Positions 57,736-58,430 of a stretch of DNA of 58,430 bases are shown here, piece after piece. How positions within the stretch are numbered: the stretch's first letter is position 1; the number at the start of each line of letters is the position of its first letter. Origin of the DNA: an uncultured Candidatus Peribacteria bacterium (GTDB taxonomy: Bacteria; Patescibacteriota; Gracilibacteria; Absconditabacterales; Absconditicoccaceae); assembly GCA_964483725.1 (NCBI GenBank), contig CAZACQ010000003.1, positions 1 through 58,430 on the forward strand, in the 5' to 3' direction. A program made the position numbers and the translations under genes. Under the pieces are notes generated by a model. The model was not told the origin of the DNA, searched no databases, and saw only the letters and a program-made list of their open reading frames with translations.

Positions 57736-58430
57736 TTATCTTTCAAGTCTTATCAAGCCCAAACTACTCAACTTATTTTCCATAAACTTAATATACTCAT
57801 CTACTGAAAAATCATATTCCGATAGTGAGTTTATCACATCCAAAGATTTATCTACACTACCCTTTTGATGGATATTTTTACTCAAATAAGATTTGATTTT
57901 TTCAAACTCTCAATTTCAGATGATATCATCAATTCATCATAGCTCTTTGTCCATATTTTTATAAATCCAAGAGGCATACATATTACCCAAAGAATAAACT
58001 GGGAAATAACCAAATTCAGCAGCTGACCAATGAATATCTTGTAGTACTCACTCCTTTAGAGTTTTTGGCTGTATTCATAGATAATCATAATATTTTTGAT
58101 TCCAAACTTTTGGCATATCATCAACTTTTATTTTTCAAGTTAGAACTTCTCTTTCCATTTCATATCTTATGATAATATGCATATGATAAGTAAGTTGATC
58201 AGCACTTGTTCTTATCAAACTTGATTGCACATTATGAAGCAATTTCACAAAATCTTGATAATCATATCAATCTAATTCTTCAGGAAAATATTTTAATAAT
58301 TTCGGAAAAAATCTTTCCCAAAACTTAGTATTTTTGGCTATATACAACTCCCATATCATACTTTGAGACTCATGCAAAGCCAAAGATCTAATCTCACCAG
58401 CAGGCAATCAGTATTGTGATTTATCAGTTC
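57736..58430 (-). CDS. M32 carboxypeptidase (Taq-type), C-terminal part; 5' end beyond the window
   Basis: Stop is TAA 57736 and the ORF is open to the window edge. It contains ...[10 protein letters not shown]..., [44 protein letters not shown]. Confidence 0.8.

Noticed and set aside
1-58430. Genetic code 4 (UGA=Trp, Mycoplasma/Spiroplasma type) as the explanation for in-frame TGA.
   Set aside because: TGA positions coincide with invariant glycines (c-subunit GxGxGxG, P-loops, WDFGDG, GGHGG). TGG is still used where Trp is conserved.

Overview
This is a very AT-rich, gene-dense bacterial segment that cannot be read with the standard genetic code. In-frame TGA occurs every 10-20 codons inside clearly conserved genes and falls on invariant glycines (ATP synthase c GxGxGxG, AtpA GDRQTGKT, PKD WDFGDG, M23 GGHGGID), while Trp is still TGG. 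The window therefore uses genetic code 25 (UGA=Gly), as in Gracilibacteria / Absconditabacteria (SR1)-type Patescibacteria (CPR). The supplied standard-code ORF track is mostly fragments and antisense artefacts; its longest ORF, 39686..40438, is antisense to pnp. I re-read both strands by hand with TGA=Gly and TAA/TAG as the only stops. This gives about 60 tightly packed CDS; coordinates include the stop codon, and start-to-stop lengths were checked to be multiples of 3. Recognisable genes are cca, tgt, an ABC exporter, ruvC, a 5'-3' exonuclease, atpB-E-F-H-A (no atpGDC), dprA, an M23 peptidase, prmC, an ECF sigma with a putative anti-sigma, a VirD4/TraD-like ATPase, a SpoU methyltransferase, an AI-2E transporter, rnpA, holB, a PKD surface protein, pnp, a DUF59 protein, secD (no secF), dus, rsmH with an FtsL-like gene, and a partial M32 carboxypeptidase. 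Many membrane, acidic and coiled-coil proteins have no recognisable family. Items worth a second look: (1) the recoding itself; (2) a GC-rich island at 403..790 whose single gene looks built for the standard code, with no internal TGA, a TGA stop, and its own promoter, SD and terminator; (3) a GC-rich ~140-nt rod-like, strand-specific RNA structure upstream of atpB; (4) a C-terminal tail that is Arg/Gly-rich in code 25 but acidic in the standard-code frame; (5) an 86-aa protein ending in an SSB-like DEDLPF tip; (6) an Rx4H (HEPN/Abi-like) gene; and several smaller oddities. No rRNA, tRNA, CRISPR array, transposase or integrase was seen.
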